From the NCBI GenBank assembly GCA_022573895.1, contig JACZTB010000032.1, forward strand, positions 1 through 19,912: a stretch of DNA of 19,912 nucleotides, written 5' to 3'. Below are positions 6,043-15,396 of this stretch, piece after piece. A model generated the notes under the pieces. The model had not been told where the DNA came from. It did no database searches and saw only the letters and a list, made by a program, of their open reading frames with translations. The DNA comes from Nitrososphaerota archaeon (GTDB taxonomy: Archaea; Thermoproteota; Nitrososphaeria; Nitrososphaerales; Nitrosopumilaceae). The position numbers were made by a program, and so were the translations under genes. Every line of letters starts with the position of its first letter. The first letter of the stretch is position 1.

Positions 6043-6095
6043 AAAGATATGAAATTACTAGTGGATTATTACTATTTTGTAAATTTTGGACACAT

Positions 6096-6132
6096 ATAAT
6101 CATCATTTAACTCAAATATCTCTGGAAAAAAT
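6096..6132 (+). repeat. repeat B, copy 2 (upstream flank of the GYNK-repeat gene)
   Basis: 22-bp exact match plus a degenerate extension to 2524-2560. It lies about 55-90 nt upstream of the minus-strand ATG at 6042. Confidence 0.75.
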
Positions 6133-6199
6133 TCGGGGTTTAACAAAGTTGAATTGTTCATTTTCAGTCATTGGTGTTTACTAATTTACCATGTCAAGT

Positions 6200-7393
6200 C
6201 TATAGAATGATTTCAGAATCATCAACATCCTTAACGACTATAAAATCAGAATCATCATCAAATTTTACATGTTTTTCAATGTCAGGGTATTTACTCAGAG
6301 ATGACGAATCTAGTTTAGAATTTTTTCCTTCTTTACGTATTAATTCTGCTAGATCAAATTTCATTCTCATAAACTCGTTTTCTAAATTCCGTAGTTGTTT
6401 GGATTGATTTTCAAGTAAGGGGTTGTTTTTCTCTAATGCTTCTTTTTCAACCAATAGTCTCTCAGAACTATCTACTGTAAGATCTACAATCCCATTTTTG
6501 AACTCTTCAAACATTTGCTCAATTGTGGGTTGGAGATATGTTCCATCTAGTCCTCTCTTATGCCCCATCATTTTCTCAATAATATTGTCATTTACAGCCT
6601 TGTTTAACTTCAAAATAGTGTCAAATCTCTTCCTAAATCCATGTGCCAATTGTTCAGCATATCGACCATTCTTTTTCTGCCCTCTAACATTTGAGTTTTT
6701 TACTGCCCTAATCAAAATACCTTGAATTGCTCTTTTGGAAATTGGTTTGGGTTTTGAAATTCCCAATTGATAACGTTCTCTAAACAAAGGACTTTCATCA
6801 TTTAGAACTTCATGGTTTCTTTTTCTTTGTTCTAAATAATCATCTAATGCTTTGGAAGCTTCGGGTGTAAGAAATGTATAATATTCTTCAATTGAATCCT
6901 CATAAACTGTAATCATCTTACAGTCTAATGGCATATCTCTAATGTGTTTTAATTTCAATTCAGGTAATGAACCAACTCTAACACCAGATGATGCAAGAAA
7001 GTGAATGATTGCTTTGTTTCTAATTTGTGGAGAAACATCTAACATTTTTTTGACATCTTCCGTAGAATATGCAGAAGACCCTGAACGCTTAACAGGAGCA
7101 GGATAAAGTCTTTTGATTTTTCTCCAATTAAGATCAATGTCATTTGCTTCTAAGAAAGTTTTGATTGCATTAGCTTCTGATGGTAATGTGTTTGGACTGA
7201 TTTTCTTTTTGCGATGAATAACATAAGTTTCAACTAGTTTTTGTAGTTCTTTCTTTTCAATTTTTACAATACTATCAAAGTCTTGTATATTATGAAACTT
7301 CATGAACTTCATAACAAGATATGTGTACATCTTTACAGATTCTTGTGAACGTAATGATTCTTGAAATATCATTAGACTGTATTGTTCTACCAC
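6200..7393 (-). CDS. int: tyrosine recombinase / phage-type integrase with a long C-terminal coiled-coil/acidic tail
   Basis: 397 aa. Catalytic-box patterns: ASSGVRVGS (Arg), LAHGFRKRF (H-x-x-R), MGHKRG..GTYLQ (His..Tyr). GTG start at 7393 or ATG 21 nt downstream. Confidence 0.85.
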   Translation of the reverse strand: MVEQYSLMIFQESLRSQESVKMYTYLVMKFMKFHNIQDFDSIVKIEKKELQKLVETYVIHRKKKISPNTLPSEANAIKTFLEANDIDLNWRKIKRLYPAPVKRSGSSAYSTEDVKKMLDVSPQIRNKAIIHFLASSGVRVGSLPELKLKHIRDMPLDCKMITVYEDSIEEYYTFLTPEASKALDDYLEQRKRNHEVLNDESPLFRERYQLGISKPKPISKRAIQGILIRAVKNSNVRGQKKNGRYAEQLAHGFRKRFDTILKLNKAVNDNIIEKMMGHKRGLDGTYLQPTIEQMFEEFKNGIVDLTVDSSERLLVEKEALEKNNPLLENQSKQLRNLENEFMRMKFDLAELIRKEGKNSKLDSSSLSKYPDIEKHVKFDDDSDFIVVKDVDDSEIIL

Positions 7394-7415
7394 AATCTAG
7401 AATATAGTATCTACT

Positions 7416-7448
7416 AAATAATCGCGTTTATGGTCAATTATTGTAATG
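7416..7448 (+). repeat. attR-like site: inverted arm motif AAATAATCGCG followed by core GGTCAATTATTGTAATG
   Basis: 7416-7426 is the reverse complement of CGCGATTATTT. The core at 7432-7448 overlaps the last codons and stop (7438-7440) of the minus-strand TRASH-like gene. Confidence 0.4.
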
Positions 7449-7626
7449 AATAATGAACGTCACAAAAAAGGACTATTCCATGAGGCAAGGTTTTGGCAGT
7501 AATAGTATGACCATCTTCTATTCCTTTACCACAAACATAGCATTCCACTTTAGATACTGAAGATAGGACATTGTGTGATCTTAGAATCTGCATATCCTGA
7601 ATAATTGCTTGATTTACCCCCTGCAT
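7438..7626 (-). CDS. small TRASH/YHS-like zinc-ribbon protein (62 aa)
   Basis: CYVCGKGI-x(18)-FCDVH, resembling the CxxCG....FCSxxC TRASH/YHS pattern with His in the last position. Divergent from trpE. Confidence 0.5.
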   Translation of the reverse strand: MQGVNQAIIQDMQILRSHNVLSSVSKVECYVCGKGIEDGHTITAKTLPHGIVLFCDVHYSLQ

Positions 7627-7743
7627 AGTAATTCTACTACGATCAAATATGATATAAAGGTACCGTACTTTACCGTAATCATTTTATGCCTGTAAACCCA
7701 ATCATTTTAGACTAAAATGGTACGATCATAACCTACTGTTCAA

Positions 7744-7751
7744 TTTAAATA
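7744..7751 (+). promoter_or_regulatory. TATA-like box (TTTAAATA) for the trp operon
   Basis: About 27-34 nt upstream of the trpE start at 7778, consistent with a short-leader or leaderless archaeal transcript. Confidence 0.35.
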
Positions 7752-7777
7752 ATAAACCTCTAGGATTTGGTCTATGG

Positions 7778-9127
7778 GTGAACACATTTGGAAACTCTCA
7801 TGCAAAAGTAATACCCCTAGATTTATCTGAAAACCAATTTCAAATTTATAATAAAATTTCAAGAAACTATTCACATTCATTTCTCTTTGAATCATTAACA
7901 GGTCCTGAAGTACTAGCTGAAACATCAGTTATGGGATTTGACCCAAAGATAATTCTCAAAGGATATTCAGATAAAGTAGAAATTCTTCGAGGTGGAGATA
8001 CAGAAACCATACAAACTATAGACCCATTTGGAGAACTAAAGAAACTCTTAGGAAGATCAGATGATCAAAGTTATAGATATCTTGGTGGAGCAGTAGGGAT
8101 TGTTAACTATGATGCAATTAGATTGGTTGAAGATATTCCAGACAATCATAACTCACCGCAACCATTAATGGAGTTTGGAATTTATGATGATGGTATTCTA
8201 TATGATAATCTACACAAGAAACTATTCTATTTTTATCATGATGAGAATAGATTTGATAAACTAAAGATGAATGGTGATACATTTGGTGACTTCCATTCCA
8301 GCGAAGTAACACCAAATATGGATAAAGAAAAATTCTCAGATATTGTAAACAAGGCAAAAAAATTAATCTATGATGGAGATATCTTCCAAGTTGTTTTATC
8401 TAGGAAATTTGCATTTGAGAATAATGGAGATAATCTAACTTTATACAAAACATTACGAAAATTAAATCCATCACCATACATGTATCATTTAAAACAAGGT
8501 TCCAAAACAATCATTGGTGCATCTCCTGAAATGTTAGTACGTATAACTAATGATAGGGTAGAGACTTTTCCAATTGCTGGAACCAGAAAGATTACAGATA
8601 ATGAAGAAAAGAACAAACAGTTAGCTGATGAACTACTCCATGACGAAAAGGAACTAGCAGAACATACAATGTTGGTTGATTTGGGACGAAACGATATCGG
8701 CAGAGTATGCAAATATGGAACAGTCCATCCAGAATCTCTAATGCAGATAAAGCGATTTAGTCATGTTCAGCATATTGTTACGCACCTAGTAGGTAAATTA
8801 GCGCCTGAAAACGACATGTTTGATGCGTTCAAGGCAGTATTTCCAGCAGGAACAGTCTCAGGGGCTCCCAAAGTTCGGGCTATGGAGATCATTGATGAAT
8901 TAGAGACTGAAGCTAGAGGACCATATGCAGGGGCTGTTGGATATTTCTCATTTAATGGATGCTGTGACTTTGCAATAGCAATCAGAAGTATCTTCATTGA
9001 TGGGAAGAGAGGATTTGTTCAATCAGGAGCTGGAATAGTTGCTGATTCTGTTTCAGAACATGAATTCAAGGAGATAGAATTCAAGGCAGGTGCAATGCTT
9101 CAAGCATTAAAGGAGGCAACTAAATGA
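7778..9127 (+). CDS. trpE: anthranilate synthase component I
   Basis: 449 aa. Motifs LVDLGRNDIGRV, GAPKVRAMEII, GPYAGAVGYFSFNG. GTG start. Confidence 0.95.
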   Translation: MNTFGNSHAKVIPLDLSENQFQIYNKISRNYSHSFLFESLTGPEVLAETSVMGFDPKIILKGYSDKVEILRGGDTETIQTIDPFGELKKLLGRSDDQSYRYLGGAVGIVNYDAIRLVEDIPDNHNSPQPLMEFGIYDDGILYDNLHKKLFYFYHDENRFDKLKMNGDTFGDFHSSEVTPNMDKEKFSDIVNKAKKLIYDGDIFQVVLSRKFAFENNGDNLTLYKTLRKLNPSPYMYHLKQGSKTIIGASPEMLVRITNDRVETFPIAGTRKITDNEEKNKQLADELLHDEKELAEHTMLVDLGRNDIGRVCKYGTVHPESLMQIKRFSHVQHIVTHLVGKLAPENDMFDAFKAVFPAGTVSGAPKVRAMEIIDELETEARGPYAGAVGYFSFNGCCDFAIAIRSIFIDGKRGFVQSGAGIVADSVSEHEFKEIEFKAGAMLQALKEATK

Positions 9128-9714
9128 AATTTCTAATCATTGACAACTATGATTCATTTGTGTATAACATTGCACAATACCTAGGAGAATTAGGAGTTGA
9201 GTCAGATGTTATTAGAAATGATAAAATCACATTAGATGAGATTAAACAGAAAAACTATGATGCCATAATAATTTCACCAGGTCCAGGAACTCCAGAAGAG
9301 AAGAAATACTTTGGAATATGTTCAAATGTGATCAAAGACATGGGACCAACTACACCAATTCTTGGAGTCTGTCTTGGACATCAAGGAATTATTCATGCAT
9401 TTGGCGGTAAAGTTACAAATGCAGGATGTGTAAGACATGGAAAGACTAGTCCAGTTAATCATAATAATTCAGAGCTATTCAAGGGAGTAAGTAATCCATT
9501 TAGAGCAACAAGATATCACAGTCTGGTTGGAGATAAAACAATAATTCCAGATGTACTAGAAGTAACTGCTACTGCAGCTGATGATGGAGAGATAATGGCA
9601 ATAAGACATAAAGAATATCTAATTGAGGGAGTACAATTTCATCCAGAATCAATAATGACTGAAGAAGGCAAAAAAATTCTAGCAAATTTCATAAAACAGG
9701 TAGAAGAAAAATGA
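9124..9714 (+). CDS. trpG: anthranilate synthase component II (glutamine amidotransferase)
   Basis: 196 aa. GVCLGHQ catalytic Cys motif and QFHPES. ATGA overlap with trpE. Confidence 0.95.
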   Translation: MKFLIIDNYDSFVYNIAQYLGELGVESDVIRNDKITLDEIKQKNYDAIIISPGPGTPEEKKYFGICSNVIKDMGPTTPILGVCLGHQGIIHAFGGKVTNAGCVRHGKTSPVNHNNSELFKGVSNPFRATRYHSLVGDKTIIPDVLEVTATAADDGEIMAIRHKEYLIEGVQFHPESIMTEEGKKILANFIKQVEEK

Positions 9715-10751
9715 TTTCAAATTTAATTCAAAAATTAGAAGAGAAGACAGACCTTACCTATGATGAGATGAATAATGTCATGACAGACATTCTCTCAGGA
9801 AATACAAACATCCAACAGAATGCAGATTTTCTATCCAGTCTGGCAGACAAAGGAGAGACAGATGATGAACTACTTGGGATGCTGGATAAAATGCAAGAGC
9901 TATCTCTAAAAATTGAGCCTAAAAACGCTGGAACCATTATTGATATGTGCGGGACTGGAGGTGACAAGCTTCAAACCTTCAATGTCTCAACTACGGCTTC
10001 ATTTGTAGTAGCTGCTGCTGGAGGAGTAGTTGCAAAACATGGAAATCGTTCCACTTCAGGAGTGTCTGGAAGTGCAGATATTTTTGAGTATTTTGGATAT
10101 GATCTAAATCAAGAACCATCAAAAATTGTACAAATTCTAGAAAAGCATAAAATTTGTTTCATGTTTGCACAAAAGTTTCACCCAACAATGAAGCATGTTA
10201 GTCCAGCAAGAAAACAATTAGGAAAAAGGACAGCTTTTAATCTTCTAGGACCATTATCAAATCCTGCTGGAGTAAAAAATCAACTCGTCGGTGTATTCTC
10301 TAATGAATATCTTGACAGATTACCTATAATTCTAAAAAGAAAAGGTGCAGAAAATATTATGACAGTACGTTCTGATGATGGAATGGATGAATTTTCTACA
10401 AGTGCAACTAACCGTGTATGTATTTTGAAAAATGGCAAAGTGTTGATGAATGCGATTGATCCTGAAGTGGTAGGATTACACAAATCATCACTCAAAGACA
10501 TTCAGATTGAAACAAGAGAAGATGCGATAAAGTCATTTGTTAGTGTTCTGAATAATACTGCAAATCAAGCAATGATTGAAACCACAGCATTAAATGCAGC
10601 AGGAGGATTAATTGTTGCAAACATTGCAAATAATTTTGAAGAAGGAGTAGAATTAGCTATGAACACAATCAAAGATGGAAAAGCATTCAAGACTTTGGAA
10701 AACTTTGTTGCAGACACTGGAGACATTTCAAAATTAAAGGAGATTGTGTAA
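9711..10751 (+). CDS. trpD: anthranilate phosphoribosyltransferase
   Basis: 346 aa. Motifs CGTGGDK and KHGNRS. ATGA overlap with trpG. Confidence 0.93.
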   Translation: MISNLIQKLEEKTDLTYDEMNNVMTDILSGNTNIQQNADFLSSLADKGETDDELLGMLDKMQELSLKIEPKNAGTIIDMCGTGGDKLQTFNVSTTASFVVAAAGGVVAKHGNRSTSGVSGSADIFEYFGYDLNQEPSKIVQILEKHKICFMFAQKFHPTMKHVSPARKQLGKRTAFNLLGPLSNPAGVKNQLVGVFSNEYLDRLPIILKRKGAENIMTVRSDDGMDEFSTSATNRVCILKNGKVLMNAIDPEVVGLHKSSLKDIQIETREDAIKSFVSVLNNTANQAMIETTALNAAGGLIVANIANNFEEGVELAMNTIKDGKAFKTLENFVADTGDISKLKEIV

Positions 10752-11527
10752 TGGCCGAAAATATTTTAAAAAGATTGGTAACCAATTCTCAAACAGCAAT
10801 TGATGATGGAACATATGACATAGATGCAAATCTGCAAAAATCAAGCAAAGACCTTATTCAAATTATCAAGAACAACCCTCACCCAACACTACTTACTGAG
10901 ATAAAATTTGCGTCTCCATCCCTGGGAAAGATTAGAACCCTCACAGACCCGACAAGCATAGCAAGGCAGATGGTTGCTGGAGGCTCAAAAGCACTATCAA
11001 TCCTTACTCAGCCCAATCTATTTCATGGCTCACCAGAATATTTCATGAAGGTCAGAGAATCAGTAGATATTCCATTGTTGATGAAAGATATTATGATAGA
11101 GAATATTCAAATAGACGCTGCAGAAAAAATGGGTGCAGATTACATACTATTGATTCAGTCATTGTTTGATCAGGGATTTCTTAAAGAGATTGATGAATTC
11201 ATTGAGTATGCTCACAAAAAAGAACTAAAAATACTCCTTGAAGTTCATACAAAACAAGAATTTGAAAATGCGTTAAAGACTGAAGCTGATCTTATTGGAG
11301 TTAACAACAGAAATTTGGATACATTAGAAATTGATCTAAAAACTACCGAGACAGTTCTAGAGGGATATAAAAAATCAAGAACAATCTTATCAGAGAGTGG
11401 GATTAAAACTCCTGAAGACATTCAATATCTAAAAAAATCTGGAGCTGATGCATTCTTGGTTGGTTCAAGCATTATGAAAAGCGATAATATTGAAGAACAA
11501 GTGAGGAAATTGGTGAAAGCATATTGA
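10751..11527 (+). CDS. trpC: indole-3-glycerol-phosphate synthase
   Basis: 258 aa. Motifs [10 protein letters not shown] and GVNNRNL. TAATG overlap with trpD. Confidence 0.9.
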   Translation: MAENILKRLVTNSQTAIDDGTYDIDANLQKSSKDLIQIIKNNPHPTLLTEIKFASPSLGKIRTLTDPTSIARQMVAGGSKALSILTQPNLFHGSPEYFMKVRESVDIPLLMKDIMIENIQIDAAEKMGADYILLIQSLFDQGFLKEIDEFIEYAHKKELKILLEVHTKQEFENALKTEADLIGVNNRNLDTLEIDLKTTETVLEGYKKSRTILSESGIKTPEDIQYLKKSGADAFLVGSSIMKSDNIEEQVRKLVKAY

Positions 11528-12711
11528 AATATCCTAAGAACGGCAGATTTGGAGAATTTGGTGGAAGATACATTCCAGAAACTCTAGTTCCAGCTATCGA
11601 AGAGTTAGAAGAGAATTATCTCAAATTCAAGGACGATAAAACTTTCAAAAAAGAATTAGATTACTATCTCAAAGTCTATGCAGGAAGACCGACTCCATTA
11701 TATTATGCAAAGAATTTGTCAGAAAAACTGGGAGGTGCTAAAATCTATCTCAAGCGAGAAGATTTGCTACATGGAGGAGCGCACAAAATCAACAACACAT
11801 TAGGTCAAGTACTTCTTGCAAAGAAGATGAAAAAGAAAAGAATCATTGCAGAAACAGGTGCAGGACAACACGGTGTTGCCACTGCAATGGCATGCGCTGC
11901 TTTAGGTATGAAAGCCGAAGTATACATGGGATATAAGGATACAATTCGTCAAAAGCTCAACGTGTTTCGAATGGATATGCTGGGTTGCAAAGTTTATCCA
12001 GTATATTCAGGTTCAAAGACACTGAAAGATGCAATCAATGAAGCAATTCGTGATTGGATTACTAACGTAGAAACAACATATTATCTGCTGGGTTCAGCTG
12101 TAGGTCCACATCCTTATCCAGTGATGGTTAGAGATTTTCAAAGTGTAATTGGAAAAGAGATCAAATCACAGATGAAAAAAATTAACAGAACTCCAGATAG
12201 CCTAATAGCATGTGTTGGAGGAGGATCAAATGCAATTGGAACATTCTATCCGTTAATTGATTCTAATGCAGAGATGATTGGAGTGGAGGCAGCAGGTAAA
12301 GGATTAAAATCAAAATTACACTCAGCAACATTGTCAGCCGGAACTAAAGGAGTCTTACATGGTATGATGACATATCTACTTCAAGACAAGGAAGGACAAA
12401 TTACAGAAACACATAGCATTTCAGCTGGACTAGACTATCCAGGTGTTGGACCAGAACACTCGTACTATAAAGATACAAAACGAATAAAATATCATTCAGC
12501 TACAGATGCAGAAGTAATTGATGCATTCCTGATGCTTACTAGAACGGAAGGAATCATTCCGGCACTTGAATCAGCTCATGCAATAGCCGAGGCAATCAAA
12601 GTAGCACGAAAAGGAAAGAAATCAGAATCAATAGTTGTAACGCTTTCTGGAAGAGGAGACAAAGACGTTGAAGAAGTACAAAATTATTTGAAGAGAAATG
12701 TCAAAGATTAA
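11524..12711 (+). CDS. trpB: tryptophan synthase beta chain
   Basis: 395 aa. Motifs [24 protein letters not shown] (PLP Lys) and [11 protein letters not shown] start overlapping the trpC stop. Confidence 0.95.
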   Translation: MKYPKNGRFGEFGGRYIPETLVPAIEELEENYLKFKDDKTFKKELDYYLKVYAGRPTPLYYAKNLSEKLGGAKIYLKREDLLHGGAHKINNTLGQVLLAKKMKKKRIIAETGAGQHGVATAMACAALGMKAEVYMGYKDTIRQKLNVFRMDMLGCKVYPVYSGSKTLKDAINEAIRDWITNVETTYYLLGSAVGPHPYPVMVRDFQSVIGKEIKSQMKKINRTPDSLIACVGGGSNAIGTFYPLIDSNAEMIGVEAAGKGLKSKLHSATLSAGTKGVLHGMMTYLLQDKEGQITETHSISAGLDYPGVGPEHSYYKDTKRIKYHSATDAEVIDAFLMLTRTEGIIPALESAHAIAEAIKVARKGKKSESIVVTLSGRGDKDVEEVQNYLKRNVKD

Positions 12712-13498
12712 AGAAAAGTTTGCCGAACTAAAGGCAAAAAATCAAAAGGCTTTGATATCATATATCATGGTAGGATTTCCAAATGAAAAAGCCACAATTG
12801 CAACAGTAAGAGGGCTAGTAAAGGGAGGAGCAGACATTATAGAATTAGGTTTTCCTTTTTCAGATCCTATAGCTGACGGACCTGTAATTCAGAATGCAAG
12901 TACAGTATCACTCAAAAAAGGTACCAAGATTTCCAAGTTTTTTAGCATTGTAAAAAAAATCAGAAAAGAAACAGACATTCCACTAGTGCTAATGACGTAC
13001 ACTAACATCTTGTATCACAAAGGATATCCAGAATTTATCTCAGAAGCAAAAAAAGCAGGGATAGATGGATTCATTCTTCCTGATATGTCAATTGAGGAAT
13101 CAAAAGAATATCTAAAAGCAGCAAAAAGCAATACAGACACAATATTTCTGATATCTCCAAACACTTCCAATACAAGAATACGAAAGATTGCCAAAGTATC
13201 AACAGGATTCTTGTATCTTGTTGCAGTTTATGGAACAACAGGTGTCAAAACAGGAATAAAAAATTATACAATAAAAGCAATCAAAAATGTTAAAAAACAA
13301 ACCAAAGGAAAAACTCCTGTTGGTGTAGGATTTGGAATCTCAACCCCTTATGATGTAAAAAAATACATCAATGCAGGAGCGGATGCAGTAATTGTTGGAA
13401 GTGCATATTTGAAATTAATTGAAAAAACTCCGCAAAACAAACTAGAATCAAAGATTACATCTTTTACAAAAAGTCTTAAAAAACAAACTATACTTTAG
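12698..13498 (+). CDS. trpA: tryptophan synthase alpha chain
   Basis: 266 aa. Motif [17 protein letters not shown]. 14-nt overlap with trpB. Confidence 0.93.
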   Translation: MSKIKEKFAELKAKNQKALISYIMVGFPNEKATIATVRGLVKGGADIIELGFPFSDPIADGPVIQNASTVSLKKGTKISKFFSIVKKIRKETDIPLVLMTYTNILYHKGYPEFISEAKKAGIDGFILPDMSIEESKEYLKAAKSNTDTIFLISPNTSNTRIRKIAKVSTGFLYLVAVYGTTGVKTGIKNYTIKAIKNVKKQTKGKTPVGVGFGISTPYDVKKYINAGADAVIVGSAYLKLIEKTPQNKLESKITSFTKSLKKQTIL

Positions 13499-13794
13499 CA
13501 TAAACTAAACGCGTCAAAGAAGGGGCCATATACTCTGATAACGATATACGGGAAGTTCTATTTCAATTATGGCCACCTGTCTAGAGGTTCTCATAACACT
13601 ATATGCAAAGAAAAATAAAAAAATAGTCCCAAAAATATCTAAAACTCGTTAAAAAAACAAGAAATTTTGTTACGATTGTAAAGATCGCTATTATCTTAAC
13701 TATCGAGAGTTAGTGACCAAAAGAGCCTGCTAACTGCTATTTCAACGAATTGTCATGTCAAAACATACAAAAGCTAGATACATGATTCATTAAT

Positions 13795-15396
13795 GTGCAG
13801 ACGAAGTATATTTTTGTCACAGGTGGTGTGATGTCTGGCCTTGGAAAAGGCGTAACAACATCCTCAATTGCAAAGTTGTTACAATTAGCAGATCAAAAAG
13901 TCTCTTGTGTCAAGATAGATCCTTATCTAAACTATGACGCAGGAACAATGAATCCAGTTGCACATGGTGAAGTCTTTGTAACAGAAGACGGAGGCGAGTG
14001 TGATATGGATATTGGAAATTATGAAAGATTCCTAAACCAAGATATTCTAAAAAGCCACAACATTACAACTGCACAGGTATATTCTTCAGTAATTGAAGCA
14101 GAAAGAAAGGGGGAATATTTGGGAGTATGTGTTCAGATAATCCCACACATAACTGACGAGATCAAAAAAAGGATTAGAGATATTGCCGAGGATGAAAAAC
14201 TAGACTTTTTGATAGTAGAATGTGGTGGAACAGTTGGAGATATTGAATCATTGCCATTTTTAGAGGCACTAAGGCAGATGAGAGTGGAAGAGGGACCACA
14301 AGGTGTAATCTTTGTCCATGTAACATTAGTTCCGTCACTTGATGTAGTAGGAGAACAAAAAACAAAACCAACACAACACAGTGTTCAAGAATTAAGAAGG
14401 ATAGGAATTCAGCCAGACTTTTTGGCAGTCAGATGTACATTGCCGTTAGAAGAAAAAACAAAGAAAAAAATTGCAATGTTTACAAATGTAGCAATAAAAG
14501 ATGTTTTATCATGCCACGATACAAAATCAATCTTTGAAGTGCCACAGATACTTTATGATCAAGGAATTATGGATTCGATATTTACAAAGTTTGGAAAGGT
14601 TGGAATGGTAAATGCTTCAGCAAATTGGGATAAATGGAATGAGATTGCACAGAATATGATTAACCACGAAGACCAAAAAGTGAAGATTGCAATGATTGGA
14701 AAATATGTCACACTAGTAGATAGTTATGTGAGTGTAAATCATGCATTAAAACATGCATGTGCACAAATAGGAAAATCAGTAGATATTGACTGGATAGATT
14801 CTGAATCAATAACAGACTACAGTATACTGTCAAACTATGATGGAATTTTAGTTCCAGGTGGATTTGGTACAAGAGGTTCTGAAGGAATTATTCAAACTGC
14901 AAATTATGCACGTGAGAAAAATATTCCATATCTTGGAATATGTTTTGGATTCCAGTTAGCTGCAATTGCGTTTGGAAGAAATGTTTTGAATTTAGAAGAT
15001 GTAAATTCAGCTGAGATTAAAGCTGATGCAAAGAATCCTGTTGTAGATTTACTTCCTGAACAAAAGGATATTTCAGATATGGGTGGTTCACTTAGATTAG
15101 GTGCAAATGAAATAATAATCAAAGAGAACACAAATGCACAAAAAATCTACAACACAACAACTATCAGTAGACGCCATAGACACAGATATGAAATCAACAA
15201 AAAGTATATTCCTGAATTTGAAAAAAATGGACTAATATTTTCGGCTGAAAGTGATGGAGGAAAAAGGATGGAAATGCTTGAAATTCCATCACATAAATTC
15301 TATCTAGGCGTTCAATTTCATCCAGAATTCAATAGTAGGCCAGGATTTCCTGAAGAATCTTTTACAGCATTTATCAAAGCAGCGTCTGAAAAATAA
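13795..15396 (+). CDS. pyrG: CTP synthase
   Basis: 533 aa. Motifs [23 protein letters not shown] and VQFHPEF. GTG start. Confidence 0.95.
   Translation: MQTKYIFVTGGVMSGLGKGVTTSSIAKLLQLADQKVSCVKIDPYLNYDAGTMNPVAHGEVFVTEDGGECDMDIGNYERFLNQDILKSHNITTAQVYSSVIEAERKGEYLGVCVQIIPHITDEIKKRIRDIAEDEKLDFLIVECGGTVGDIESLPFLEALRQMRVEEGPQGVIFVHVTLVPSLDVVGEQKTKPTQHSVQELRRIGIQPDFLAVRCTLPLEEKTKKKIAMFTNVAIKDVLSCHDTKSIFEVPQILYDQGIMDSIFTKFGKVGMVNASANWDKWNEIAQNMINHEDQKVKIAMIGKYVTLVDSYVSVNHALKHACAQIGKSVDIDWIDSESITDYSILSNYDGILVPGGFGTRGSEGIIQTANYAREKNIPYLGICFGFQLAAIAFGRNVLNLEDVNSAEIKADAKNPVVDLLPEQKDISDMGGSLRLGANEIIIKENTNAQKIYNTTTISRRHRHRYEINKKYIPEFEKNGLIFSAESDGGKRMEMLEIPSHKFYLGVQFHPEFNSRPGFPEESFTAFIKAASEK

Larger units (their letters stand above)
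1194..7448. mobile_element. integrated integrase-bearing cryptic element, possibly two tandem units (about 1194-2571 mini-element without integrase; about 2561-7448 full element)
   Basis: Tyrosine integrase gene at the right end, 39 bp inside an att-like repeat. Imperfect direct repeats lie at 1194-1211, 2561-2571 and 7432-7448. The motif CGCGATTATTT occurs next to each (1229-1239, 2589-2599, inverted at 7416-7426). Cargo consists of orphan small genes and sits between core genes (MBL hydrolase, trp operon). Confidence 0.55.

Noticed and set aside
13524-13574. A relatively GC-rich inverted repeat GGCCATA...TATGGCC in the 296-bp trpA-pyrG spacer, considered as a tRNA or sRNA
   Set aside because: It is only a 7-bp stem enclosing 37 nt, which is too short for a tRNA cloverleaf. 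There are no C/D or H/ACA boxes and no second copy. It may be a terminator or nothing.
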